Below are positions 39,418 through 48,910 of a stretch of 64,000 nucleotides of DNA, piece by piece. Each line of letters begins with the position of its first letter. Within the stretch, counting starts at the first letter, position 1. The notes beneath the pieces were generated by a model. That model worked only from the letters and a program-made list of their open reading frames with translations, was not told the origin of the DNA and searched no databases. The translations under genes were made by a program, and so were the position numbers. The stretch is from Alphaproteobacteria bacterium (GTDB lineage Bacteria; Pseudomonadota; Alphaproteobacteria; GCA-2731375), in the NCBI GenBank assembly GCA_965232515.1, contig CBDDPY010000002.1:5856001-5920000 (forward strand), in the 5' to 3' direction.

Positions 39418-40812
39418 TCAAGCGGACGTCCCGGCGGGTTCCGGCGCCACCGACGGCGTGCGCCCCGCCAGCAGGCGAACCGTCGCGATCGTGCTGACGA
39501 TCAGGGTTGCCGTTGCCGCGCCCACCATCGCGATGCCGCCACCGACGGTGCCCAGCAGATGCAGGAGCAGCAGAAAGCCTGGAAAGTAGAGCAGCGTCAC
39601 ACAAACGTTGATCCGCAACGGGATGTCCGGCCGCCCCAGCACGAACATCGCCGGATCCAGGGCGAATCCGCCCAGGCCGAGCGCGGCGCCCAGCACCAGC
39701 AGGATCATCACCGGATAGGCCTCGAGGAACGCCGAGCCGACGGTCAGTGTCAGGATTGGCTGGCCCAGCAGCGCGGTCAGCAGCACAACGCCCGTGGCGC
39801 CGGCGGCGGTCACCAGTCCGGCGCGGCGCACGATGCCGCCGATCCTGGCGCTGTCGCCGCTGCTGGCGAGTTTCGCCAGCTCCGGATAGACGGTCTGGTT
39901 CAGCAGGGCCGTCGGTTTGACCAGCAGGTTCGCGAACTCGGCGGCGATCTTGAAGATGCCGGCCGCCGCGGGGCCGAGGACCCAGCCGACCGCCAGTGTC
40001 GTGGCGTGGGTCTTGACCAGCGCCAGAGTGGTGTGCAGGTTGCTGGTCCAAATGAACCGCCAGAGGCCGGGGTGCGGTGCGATCAGGCCGCGTAGGCGCG
40101 GTCGGAAGCCGGCCAACATCCGTTGCCGTGCCAGCTCGCGCCAGGCATACGCCATCAGCGACAGATTCGCGGCGAGGCTCGCGACGAACCAGGTCAGCAG
40201 AAAGGCCCACAGGCCCGCGCCGGATGCGAAGGCCAATACCACACCTGTCAGCCGGACAGTCGGTGAAACGAGCTGGATGTTGGCCAGCAGGTCGAAGCGG
40301 TCGAACAGTCGTAGCACGCCGTTGGGCACGGCCCGCAGCATGAACAGCGCCAGTACGGCATAGAGCTGTGCCATCGCGACAACGTCAGGACCCAGACCCA
40401 GTTGCGGGCCGACCCAAGGCATGGCGGTGACGGCGATCGCCGCGCCGATGGCCGAGCTGCCGACATCGAGCCACAGCGAAAAGGTCAACAGGCCCTGCAG
40501 GTCGGTTCGGCGCTCGGGCGCCAGGCAATCGGCGCCATAGCGGACGACGGCCTGCCAGGACTGGAACGAGGTGACCCGGCTGATCACCACGACATAGGCG
40601 TGGACCAGCACCAGCGCGCCGAAGGTTTCCGGACCCAGCGCCTTGGCCGCCAGCGCGAGATAGGCGAGACCCATCAAGGCCGCGACGGCGCGACGGCTCA
40701 ACAGCAGTCCGGCATTGGAGAAGATGCGCCGGAACAGGCTGTCCTCGAACCAGCGGAAGATGCCGCCGAACGCCGGCGCCGCCGGGCGCCGGCCGGAACT
40801 GCCCTGTGCCAT
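39418..40812 (-). CDS. Wzx/MOP-family flippase (polysaccharide biosynthesis protein)
   Basis: About 12 hydrophobic segments; LGPETFG, GVLRLFDRF, LGPAAAGIFKIA, VYPEL. Confidence 0.8.
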   Translation of the reverse strand: MAQGSSGRRPAAPAFGGIFRWFEDSLFRRIFSNAGLLLSRRAVAALMGLAYLALAAKALGPETFGALVLVHAYVVVISRVTSFQSWQAVVRYGADCLAPERRTDLQGLLTFSLWLDVGSSAIGAAIAVTAMPWVGPQLGLGPDVVAMAQLYAVLALFMLRAVPNGVLRLFDRFDLLANIQLVSPTVRLTGVVLAFASGAGLWAFLLTWFVASLAANLSLMAYAWRELARQRMLAGFRPRLRGLIAPHPGLWRFIWTSNLHTTLALVKTHATTLAVGWVLGPAAAGIFKIAAEFANLLVKPTALLNQTVYPELAKLASSGDSARIGGIVRRAGLVTAAGATGVVLLTALLGQPILTLTVGSAFLEAYPVMILLVLGAALGLGGFALDPAMFVLGRPDIPLRINVCVTLLYFPGFLLLLHLLGTVGGGIAMVGAATATLIVSTIATVRLLAGRTPSVAPEPAGTSA

Positions 40813-40967
40813 ACGCGATCGTGATCCTGGCCTTAATGCAGGGCTTGTGTAGCGCACCCGGTTCGCCGCGCACAAGTCCGCCGGCGGTTGCGCCGTGGGC
40901 CGCGCATGGGTAGGTTGGCCGGCTGACGGGCGCGGAAATTCGCGCCGGAGATGGAACCGACTGCTTC

Positions 40968-41714
40968 GTGATCTTCAGATCGAAACTCTGGGACGGCCGC
41001 AAGCACTATCTCGACAAGATGAGCTTGCGGGATCTGGTCCGCGCCTACGTCGCCTATCCGGCCATCCGGGCCTATGCGCTGCTGGCGGTGCTGTCGGGCG
41101 GGATCGCCATCTATTCGGCGTCGAACCCCTGGCCCGTGCTGATCGCGGTCGTCGCGGCCGGGCTGATCTACGCGCCGGTCTGGTATCTGCTGCACCGGTT
41201 CGTGCTGCACGGCCGCTTCCTTTACCGCTCGTCACGGACGGCGGCGATCTGGAAGCGGGTGCATTTCGACCATCATCAGGACCCGAACGACCTCGGCGTG
41301 CTGTTTGGCGCGCTCTACACCACGCTGCCGACCATCGTCGTCGTGACTTTGCCGCTGGGCTGGCTGATTGGCGGCCTCGCCGGCAGCATGGCGGCGCTTT
41401 CTTCGGCGCTGGCCGTCACCTGCTTCTACGAGTTTTGCCACTGCATTCAGCATCTGGCCTACACACCCAAATCGGCCTTTCTGCGACGGATCAAGAAGCT
41501 GCATCTGGCGCATCATTTCCACAACGAGACCGGTAATTTCGGCATCACCAACTTCGCCTGTGACCGGCTGCTCGGCACGTTTTATCCGCATCCGCGCCAA
41601 GTGCCGCGCAGCGCTACCGTCTTCGACCTTGGCTACAACGGCGACGAGATCGAGAAGTTTCCCTGGGTCGCCCGGATGAGCGCACCGGCCGCGAAGCAGG
41701 CCGGCGGGGACTAG
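40968..41714 (+). CDS. fatty acid hydroxylase / sterol desaturase family
   Basis: His boxes HRFVLH, HFDHH, HCIQH, HLAHHFH. Confidence 0.88.
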   Translation: MIFRSKLWDGRKHYLDKMSLRDLVRAYVAYPAIRAYALLAVLSGGIAIYSASNPWPVLIAVVAAGLIYAPVWYLLHRFVLHGRFLYRSSRTAAIWKRVHFDHHQDPNDLGVLFGALYTTLPTIVVVTLPLGWLIGGLAGSMAALSSALAVTCFYEFCHCIQHLAYTPKSAFLRRIKKLHLAHHFHNETGNFGITNFACDRLLGTFYPHPRQVPRSATVFDLGYNGDEIEKFPWVARMSAPAAKQAGGD

Positions 41715-41738
41715 CTTCCCATCGCCGCGACGGCTGCC

Positions 41739-42896
41739 ATGGCGGGACGGGACGCCCGGACGAGTGTGCGTGTCGAGCGCGTCGACAGGCGGGCCGACAT
41801 GGCGCGGTTTCTGCGTTTGCCCTGGTCGATCTACGCCGGCGATCCGTACTGGGTGCCGCCGCTGCTGGCCGAGCGGCGCGGCCATTTAGACCGGAAGGCC
41901 AATCCGTTCTTTCAGCATGCGGACGTCGGCTTCTGGCTGGCCTGGCGCGATGGCCGGCCGGTCGGCCGGATCAGCGCTCAGGTCAACCATCTGCACCTCG
42001 AACGTTATGACGACGCGACCGGTCATTTCGGCCTGCTCGAGGCCGAGGACGATCCCGAAACCTTCGCCGCCCTGTTCGCCGCCGCGGAGGGCTTCCTGCG
42101 CGATCGCGGCATGCGGCGGGTGGTGGGACCGTTCAGTCTGTCGATCAACGATGAATCCGGTCTGCTGGTCGACGGCGCGGACACGCCGCCGTCGATGCTG
42201 ATGGGCCATGCGCCGGCCTACTACGGGCGACGATTATCTGCGCAAGGTTTCGCGAAGGCCAAAGACCTGCTGGCCTACGCCTATGACCTGACGGCGCCGA
42301 TGCCGGCGGCCGCGGCGCGGTTCGTCGAACGCCTGGCGGACGATCCATCCGTGCGGTTCCGCGGCTTGCGCAAGAACAGCTACGCCGAGGACCTGGCCAT
42401 CGTGATCGACATCTTCAACGATGCCTGGTCGGAGAACTGGGGCTATGTGCCGTTCACCGAGGCCGAGATCGCGCATTTCGCCAAGGAGCTGAAGCCGCTG
42501 GTGCGGGCGGAATCGCTCTGCCTCGCCGAGGTGGACGGCGAGCCGGTGGCGATGGCGATCTGCCTGCCGAACCTGAACGAGGCGATCGCCGATCTCGACG
42601 GCCGGCTGCTGCCGTTCGGCTGGGCGAAACTGCTCTGGCGCCTGAAGGTCGGGCCGATGCGCAGCGCCCGCGTGCCGCTGTTCGGCGTGCGCGGGCGTTA
42701 CCACGGCAGCCCCATGGGCGCGGCGCTGGCCTATGGCGTCATCGACCGCCTGCGCCGCGAACATGCGGCGCTGGGGTTCCAAGAGGCCGAGCTGTCCTGG
42801 GTCCTGGAAGACAACATAGCCATGCGGCGGATGATCGAAGCTGTGGGCGGGCGGGCCTACAAGACCTATCGATTATTCGAGAAGGCGCTGGCGTGA
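41739..42896 (+). CDS. GNAT-fold protein, probable bacterial ceramide synthase (bCerS-like)
   Basis: DPYWVPPL, GRISA, GPFSLSINDESGLL, FNDAWSENWGYVP, ELSWVLEDN, YKTYR; in the spt cluster. Confidence 0.8.
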   Translation: MAGRDARTSVRVERVDRRADMARFLRLPWSIYAGDPYWVPPLLAERRGHLDRKANPFFQHADVGFWLAWRDGRPVGRISAQVNHLHLERYDDATGHFGLLEAEDDPETFAALFAAAEGFLRDRGMRRVVGPFSLSINDESGLLVDGADTPPSMLMGHAPAYYGRRLSAQGFAKAKDLLAYAYDLTAPMPAAAARFVERLADDPSVRFRGLRKNSYAEDLAIVIDIFNDAWSENWGYVPFTEAEIAHFAKELKPLVRAESLCLAEVDGEPVAMAICLPNLNEAIADLDGRLLPFGWAKLLWRLKVGPMRSARVPLFGVRGRYHGSPMGAALAYGVIDRLRREHAALGFQEAELSWVLEDNIAMRRMIEAVGGRAYKTYRLFEKALA

Positions 42897-43678
42897 GCGG
42901 CGCGGCGGCCGGACCCTTCACGGCCGTCATCCTGGCGGCGAGCCGTGGTGCGCATGATCCCGTCGCGGCGGCCGAGGGCGTCAGCCACAAGTGCCTCGTG
43001 GATATCGGCGGCAAGCCGATGTTGCAGCGGGTGATCGACGCGCTCGGTCAGGCGGCGTCGGTCGGCCGCATCGTCGTCTGTATCGACGATCGCGCGGTGC
43101 TGGAGGCCGTCGACGGACATGACGATGTCGTCGCCAGCACGGCGACGCCGGCCTTGAGCGTGATGCGCGCGGTCGAGGCGCTGGGCGCGGCCTGGCCGCT
43201 GCTGATCACCACGGCCGATCACGCGCTGCTGACGCCAAACCTGGTGGACGCCTTCTGCAGCCAATCATTGGCAGTAGACGCCGATGTCACGGCCGGGCTC
43301 GCCGCCGCCGCGGTGGTGCGGGCCGGCCATCCCGAGGCGAAGCGGACCTTTCTGCCGTTCCGCGACGACGGCTATTCCGGCTGCAACCTTTTCGCGTTGC
43401 TGAGTGAGGACGGCCTGCGGGCGGTGGACTTCTGGCGACGGGCGGAGCGGCACCGAAAGCGGCCGTGGCGGCTGATTGGGGTCTTCGGGCCGGTGGCGCT
43501 GCTGCTGTTCGCGCTGCGGCGGCTGACGCTCGATCAGGCCTTCGCCCGCGCCTCGCGCCGGTTCGGCGCCCGCGCCGCGGCGATCAAGCTGACCACGGCC
43601 GAGGCCGCGATCGACGTCGACAAGCCGGCCGACCTCGCGCTGGTGCGGCGGATCTGGGCGGCGCGTTCCGTCAGCTAA
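42893..43678 (+). CDS. MobA-like NTP transferase
   Basis: AVILAASRG, KCLVDIGGKPML, ITTADHALL, IDVDKPAD. Confidence 0.8.
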   Translation: MSGAAAGPFTAVILAASRGAHDPVAAAEGVSHKCLVDIGGKPMLQRVIDALGQAASVGRIVVCIDDRAVLEAVDGHDDVVASTATPALSVMRAVEALGAAWPLLITTADHALLTPNLVDAFCSQSLAVDADVTAGLAAAAVVRAGHPEAKRTFLPFRDDGYSGCNLFALLSEDGLRAVDFWRRAERHRKRPWRLIGVFGPVALLLFALRRLTLDQAFARASRRFGARAAAIKLTTAEAAIDVDKPADLALVRRIWAARSVS

Positions 43679-44153
43679 CGACGCTGTCCGCGACGACGAA
43701 CGGCTCGGGCAGCGTCAGGAACTCAGTGTCACCGTCGCTGCCGTCGTTCCACATGAAGATGGCGAAATGACCCGGCCGGTCGAGCACGGTCATGCCGTGG
43801 TGCCAGGTGTCGGCATTGTAGCTGATACCCTGTCCGGCGCCGGCGATAAACGCCCGCACGCCAGCCAGGTCCGGACCGCCGTCGGCGGTGTGCGGCGCGA
43901 CGACGACCAGATAGCGCGCGACGTCCATCGGCACGAAGGTCTGCGACGAATAGGGATGACGCTCCATCACCGTCGCGTTGAGCGGCAGCGTCGCCGGCGG
44001 CACATGCACCGTCGACAGCATGACGGCGGCGTCGGCCCGCCGGTTCTCCAGCCGCGCCAGGTCGTCCACGCGTCCCGCCGCGTCGAGCCGGCCGAACACC
44101 TGGCCGAACGGCGCGAAGGCCTCTGGCGTCAACGGTTGCGCGGTGATTTTCAT
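43671..44153 (-). CDS. allA: ureidoglycolate lyase
   Basis: LTPEAFAPFG, MERHPYSSQTFVP, GQGISY...TWHH. Confidence 0.85.
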   Translation of the reverse strand: MKITAQPLTPEAFAPFGQVFGRLDAAGRVDDLARLENRRADAAVMLSTVHVPPATLPLNATVMERHPYSSQTFVPMDVARYLVVVAPHTADGGPDLAGVRAFIAGAGQGISYNADTWHHGMTVLDRPGHFAIFMWNDGSDGDTEFLTLPEPFVVADSVVS

Positions 44154-44163
44154 GCCGTTCTTC

Positions 44164-45075
44164 CTATTGTGCGTAGGGGTGATGTTCGGCCCAGTGGCGG
44201 GCGATGTCGATCCGCCGGCAGATCCAGACATCGTCGAAGTCGGCGACGTAGTCCAACAGGCGGGCCAGCGCCGCGGCCCGGGCGGGATGGCCGATGACGC
44301 GGTTGTGCAGGCCGACCGACATCATCTTCGGCTGCGTCGCGCCCTCGGCGTAGAGCACGTCGAAGGCGTCCTTGACGTGTTGGAAGAACTCCTCGCCCGT
44401 GCCCAGCAGGCCGCGGCCGAACTTGGCGTCGTTGTTGGTGAGCGTGTAGGGCACCACCAGGTGGCCCTTGCCGTCGACCGTGACCCAGTAGGGCAGCTCG
44501 TCGTTATAGGCATCCGAGTCGTAGAGGAAGCCGCCGTCCTCGACCAGCAGCCGGCGGGTGTTGACGCTGGGTCCGGTGCGGCAATACCAGCCGAGCGGCC
44601 GCTCGCCGATGGTTTCCTGCAGCGAGGCGACGGCCCGGGCGATATGGTCGCGCTCCTCGGCTTCGCTCAGCTTGTAATGCTCGATCCAGCGCCAGCCGTG
44701 GCAGCAGACGTCGTGGCCGGCCTTGCGGATCGCCTCTGCCGCGGCGGGGTTGCGCTCCAGCGCCAGCGCGCAGCCGAAGACGGTGAGGGGCAGCCAGCGT
44801 TCCTCGAACAGGCGCATGAGCCGCCAGAAGCCGACCCGGCTGCCATATTCGAACATGGACTCGGCCGCGAGGTCGCGCTCGCCGCGCGGCACGGTCGAGG
44901 CCATGCTCTCGGTCAATGTCACCTCGGAAAAGCCGTCGCCGTCGGGCACGGAGTATTCCGAGCCCTCCTCGTAATTGACGACGAAGTTCAGTGCCAGCCG
45001 CGCGCCGTTCGGCCAGCGCGGGTCCGGCGGCTGGCCGCCATAGCCGACGAGATCGCGGGGGTAGTCGTCGCTCAT
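44164..45075 (-). CDS. PuuE-like allantoinase / polysaccharide deacetylase family
   Basis: PRDLVGYG, VNYEEG, EYGSRVG, HGWRW, DAYNDELPYW, MMSVGLH. Confidence 0.85.
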   Translation of the reverse strand: MSDDYPRDLVGYGGQPPDPRWPNGARLALNFVVNYEEGSEYSVPDGDGFSEVTLTESMASTVPRGERDLAAESMFEYGSRVGFWRLMRLFEERWLPLTVFGCALALERNPAAAEAIRKAGHDVCCHGWRWIEHYKLSEAEERDHIARAVASLQETIGERPLGWYCRTGPSVNTRRLLVEDGGFLYDSDAYNDELPYWVTVDGKGHLVVPYTLTNNDAKFGRGLLGTGEEFFQHVKDAFDVLYAEGATQPKMMSVGLHNRVIGHPARAAALARLLDYVADFDDVWICRRIDIARHWAEHHPYAQ

Positions 45076-45848
45076 CGCGCCGTGAAACCGCCGTCGACGG
45101 GCAGCGCCACGCCGGTCACGTAGGAGGCGTCGTCGGAGGCCAGGAACAGGGCCGCCGCCGCCACCTCCTCCGGCTCGCCGGTGCGGCCGAGCGGCACGAA
45201 GGCGCGCATGTTCTTAAGGTTCGTCTCGGCGTCGGTCTGCTGGTCCGGCCGGCCCATGAACACCGCCAGCATCGGCGTCTCGATGGGCCCGGGGCAGACC
45301 ACGTTGACGCGGATCTTGTCGGGCGCGACGCGGATCGCCAGCGATTGAGTCAGGCCGACGACGCCGTATTTGGCGGCCGAATAGACCGGGCTGAAGGCCG
45401 AGCCGGCGAGACCGGCGACCGACGCCGTGAAGACGATGCTGCCGCCGCCGCGCGCCCGCATCTCGGGGATCGCCGCCATGGCGCAGCGCAGGGCCGAGCG
45501 CACGTTGAGGTCCATGGCGATCTCGTAGTCCTGCATGTCGAGCCCCTCGACCGAGGCCGGGCCCGGATGGCCGGCATGCGCCCAGAGGATATCGAGGCCG
45601 CCGAAGGCCGCGACCGCGTCGCGGGTCAGCCGGTCGCAGTCCTCGTCTTTCAGCATGTCGCCGACCGACGCCATGGCCTCGCCGCCCGCGGCCGTCACCA
45701 TGCGCACGGTCTCTTCGGCCGCGGCCGCGTCGATGTCGCCGACCACCACCTTGGCGCCTTCGCGCGCGAACATGACCGCGCCGGCCCGGCCCATGCCCGA
45801 GCCCGCCGCCGTGATCGCCGCCACCTTGCCGTTCAGCCGCATGTCCAT
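45072..45848 (-). CDS. SDR family oxidoreductase
   Basis: TAAGSGMG, YSAAK, IRVNVVCPG, VDGG. Confidence 0.93.
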   Translation of the reverse strand: MDMRLNGKVAAITAAGSGMGRAGAVMFAREGAKVVVGDIDAAAAEETVRMVTAAGGEAMASVGDMLKDEDCDRLTRDAVAAFGGLDILWAHAGHPGPASVEGLDMQDYEIAMDLNVRSALRCAMAAIPEMRARGGGSIVFTASVAGLAGSAFSPVYSAAKYGVVGLTQSLAIRVAPDKIRVNVVCPGPIETPMLAVFMGRPDQQTDAETNLKNMRAFVPLGRTGEPEEVAAAALFLASDDASYVTGVALPVDGGFTAR

Positions 45849-46101
45849 CCCTCCCGTTCCGATGATCGTTGCCGTTCCAAGTCTGCGGCCCGGCCGGGGC
45901 CGTGGCAAGCGGAGGGGCCCGCCGTCGCTCGGCGAGCTATGGCGGGCAAGGGGGGGGTGTCGCGCGGGGGAAACGCCGGAACAACCCCATGCACAGGAAC
46001 GTCGAGGAAAATGAATCGTGTGGATTCAATGCTTTGTGTCATTTCGATAAGTGTCGAAATGTCGCGCTTCCACGGTGCTCTCGTCGCCGCTCTTGTGGTT
46101 C

Positions 46102-46215
46102 ACCGCCAAGGCGCCAAGACACCAAGAACAGGCGGCACGATCGCCAGACAGCCCGCGCGGCGGCATCGCGTCGTCGGTGCGCATGAGTATCTTGGCGCGT
46201 TGGCGTCTTGGCGGT
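46102..46215. repeat. 9-nt-periodic REP-like inverted repeat (CGCCAAG type)
   Basis: ACCGCCAAGGCGCCAAGACACCAAGA ... TCTTGGCGCGTTGGCGTCTTGGCGGT. Confidence 0.8.
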
Positions 46216-46251
46216 TCCAACAGCCCGCCGCGATGGGGTAACACTGTCGCC

Positions 46252-47049
46252 ATGCACATCACGCGCCCGCCCCGTCTTCGCCACCTGCGCCGGTTCGTCG
46301 AGCGGCTGTGGGTTGTGCGCGGGGCGCCGGGCCATGCCTATGAGCGTGTGCTGCCGAGCGGGCGCATGCAGCTGCTGGTGAACTTGGCCGGCGGGGGTTT
46401 GGGCGATTTCGACCTCTCGGGCGCGCCGCTGAGCCGGACCGGGGCGCTGGCGCTGCAGGGCCCGACGACGAGCCCGCGCATGCTGGACGCACGCCAGCAG
46501 GAGGCGGTTTGCGGCGTCAGCTTCCGGCCCGGCGGCGCGGCGTTCCTCGCGAGCGTGGCGGATGAACTGAGCGATCGGGTCGTGGACCTGGATCATTTCT
46601 GGCCGGGATGTGCGGGGCGGCTGTTCGACGAGCTCTGCGGCGCGGACGATCCGCACAAGCTGCTCGACCGACTGGAGCAGGCGCTCGCCTGGCGGCTGGG
46701 CGCGGCGGCGCCCGCCCCGGCATTCACGCGGGCTGCCGCGATGCTCACGCGCGGTCACCGGGTCGCCGACGTCCAGGCGGCGCTTGATTTCTCGCCGCAC
46801 CGTTTGCGCCGGCTGTTCCGCGCGCAGGCGGGCGTCGGACCGAAGACGTTCGCGCGCATCGAACGCTTCCGCCGGCTGGTGCGGCGGCTGCCGGGCCGTG
46901 CGTCCTGGGCGGCGCTGGCGCTGGAGACGGGTTATGTCGACCAGGCCCACATGATCCGCGAGTTCAGGGCGTTTTCCGGCACGTCGCCCGCCCGCTACCG
47001 GGCCGTGGCGCCCGACATGCCGACGCACTACCGGACGCCGTCGCGTTAG
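46252..47049 (+). CDS. AraC-family transcriptional regulator
   Basis: ERVLPSG N-domain; C-terminal GVGPKTFARIERF, GYVDQAHMIREFRAFSG. Confidence 0.9.
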   Translation: MHITRPPRLRHLRRFVERLWVVRGAPGHAYERVLPSGRMQLLVNLAGGGLGDFDLSGAPLSRTGALALQGPTTSPRMLDARQQEAVCGVSFRPGGAAFLASVADELSDRVVDLDHFWPGCAGRLFDELCGADDPHKLLDRLEQALAWRLGAAAPAPAFTRAAAMLTRGHRVADVQAALDFSPHRLRRLFRAQAGVGPKTFARIERFRRLVRRLPGRASWAALALETGYVDQAHMIREFRAFSGTSPARYRAVAPDMPTHYRTPSR

Positions 47050-47126
47050 GGTCAGCTTTCGTACAATACGGGCCGCCCGCCGGGCTGCCAGTCTCCGGCT
47101 TTTCGACTTGGCATGGAGACCCCGCG

Positions 47127-47558
47127 ATGACGCAATCCGAACCCGCCACCGAGCTTCACCCCCGCCTCGTCGTCGAGGACGCGGACAAGGCCATCGCCTA
47201 TTACGAGACAACGCTCGACGCCGAGCTGATCGAGCGTTTCACGGACGACAAAGGCCGCGTCGTGCACGCCCGCCTCGGCATCGGCAACGGCGAGATCTCG
47301 ATGACGGAGCAGGAACGCGACTGGGGCCTGCTCGGCCCGGGCGCGCTCGGCGGCTCGGCCGTGCTGCTCCACTTGACGGTCGCGAATTGCGACGCGGTCG
47401 GCGCCCGCATGACCGAACACGGCGGCGAGGTGGTGATCCCGATTGCCGACCGGCCCTACGGCAAGCGCGAGGGCCGCATCCGCGATCCGTTCGGCCATCT
47501 GTGGATCGTCAGCACGCACCTGTTCGATTTGCCCGATAAATTCGGCACGCTGGCCTGA
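47127..47558 (+). CDS. VOC/PhnB-like protein
   Basis: AIAYY, VVHARL, YGKREGRIRDPFGHLW. Confidence 0.9.
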   Translation: MTQSEPATELHPRLVVEDADKAIAYYETTLDAELIERFTDDKGRVVHARLGIGNGEISMTEQERDWGLLGPGALGGSAVLLHLTVANCDAVGARMTEHGGEVVIPIADRPYGKREGRIRDPFGHLWIVSTHLFDLPDKFGTLA

Positions 47559-47604
47559 GCATCTCTGGTCCGCCGGCATCGTGTGGCCGCCACTGCTGAG
47601 GGTT

Positions 47605-47693
47605 TCACCACAGAGGACACAGAGAAACAAGAAAGTTGGTTGGCGCGAAGCGCCGAAAACAAACCTCTGTGTGCTCTGTGTCCTCTGTGGTGA
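47605..47693. repeat. 9-nt-periodic REP-like inverted repeat (CACAGAG type)
   Basis: Perfect 20-bp IR TCACCACAGAGGACACAGAG / CTCTGTGTCCTCTGTGGTGA with internal GGCGC-GAA-GCGCC hairpin. Confidence 0.85.
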
Positions 47694-47737
47694 GTCCATT
47701 TTTCGGCGCCAGGGTCGGGTCGCGGCCGTTTGGGTTC

Positions 47738-47838
47738 ACCACAAAGACGCGAAGACACAAAGGAACAAACAATAAGACTAATTGGCGCGGAGCGCCGAAA
47801 AACGAAGCTGGTTCTTCGTGTCTTTGCGTCTTTGTGGT
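47738..47838. repeat. 9-nt-periodic REP-like inverted repeat (CACAAAG type)
   Basis: ACCACAAAGACGCGAAGACACAAAG / CTTCGTGTCTTTGCGTCTTTGTGGT with internal GGCGC-GGA-GCGCC hairpin. Confidence 0.85.
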
Positions 47839-47934
47839 TCAAAACTGATTTGACGCAAGGATCGGATAGCGGCCGGGCGGGCGGCGGACTAGGGTGCGCG
47901 CTCGATCGACATACACGACACCGGAGATGACGCC

Positions 47935-48852
47935 ATGCCGTCGCCCGTGATGGGCCCGCGCGAGTGGGTGCTGCTGGTCACGCTGTCCGTGCTCTGGGGC
48001 GGCTCGTTCTTCTTCGCCGAGGTGGCACTCGTGGACATGCCGCCGCTGACGGTCGTCGTCGGCCGGGTCGCCATCGCGGCGCTGGCGTTGACGTTGGGGA
48101 TCTATGCGACGGGCGGCCGGCTGCCGGGCGGGCTCGGCCTCTGGGGCGCGTTCCTGGTGATGGGCGCGCTCAACAACGCCATTCCGTTCAGCCTGATCGT
48201 CTGGGGCCAGGTGCATATCGACAGCGGCCTGGCGGCGATCCTGAACGCGACGACGCCGTTGTTCACGGTGCTGCTGGCGCATGTGCTGACGGCGGACGAG
48301 CGCCTGACGCCGGCCCGCCTCGCGGGCGTGCTGATCGGCCTCGCCGGCGTCGCCGTGCTGATCGGCCCGGATGCGCTGCAAGGCCTCGGCGCCCAGGCGC
48401 TGGCCCAGTTCGCCGTCGTCGCCGCCGCCGTCTCCTACGCCTTCGCCGGCATCTTTGGGCGCCGCTTCAAGACCGTGACCTCGGCGCAGGCATCCGCCGG
48501 CATGCTGATCGGCGCCACCGTCTGGATGCTGCCGCTGGCGCTCGTCGTGGAGCAGCCCTGGACCCTCGCCCCGAGCCCCCTCAGCCTCGCCGCCGTCGCC
48601 GCCATGGCGCTGCTCTGCACGGCGCTCGCCTACCTGCTCTACTTCAAGATCCTCGCCGCCGCCGGCGCCACCAACCTGCTCCTCGTCACCTTCCTGATCC
48701 CGGTCTCGGCGCTCCTGCTGGGCGTCTTCATCCTCGGCGAAGACCCGTCCTGGACCGCCTACGCCGGCATGGCCCTCATCTTTGCCGGCCTCGCCGCGAT
48801 TGACGGGCGGTTGTGGCGCAGGTTGCGGCGGCGTCGGCTGCGTGCGGCGTAA
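47935..48852 (+). CDS. DMT/EamA family transporter
   Basis: LWGGSF, SGLAAILNATTPLF, LCTALAYLLYF, 10 TM. Confidence 0.93.
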   Translation: MPSPVMGPREWVLLVTLSVLWGGSFFFAEVALVDMPPLTVVVGRVAIAALALTLGIYATGGRLPGGLGLWGAFLVMGALNNAIPFSLIVWGQVHIDSGLAAILNATTPLFTVLLAHVLTADERLTPARLAGVLIGLAGVAVLIGPDALQGLGAQALAQFAVVAAAVSYAFAGIFGRRFKTVTSAQASAGMLIGATVWMLPLALVVEQPWTLAPSPLSLAAVAAMALLCTALAYLLYFKILAAAGATNLLLVTFLIPVSALLLGVFILGEDPSWTAYAGMALIFAGLAAIDGRLWRRLRRRRLRAA

Positions 48853-48910
48853 GGAATAGCGGCCGACCCAGGCTCATCAGATAGTAGATGGCGGCGAGGA
48901 ACGGCTTTTC

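Noticed and set aside
46102-47838. Periodic repeats as a CRISPR array
   Set aside because: They are inverted repeats of differing sequence, without regular repeat-spacer structure or cas genes
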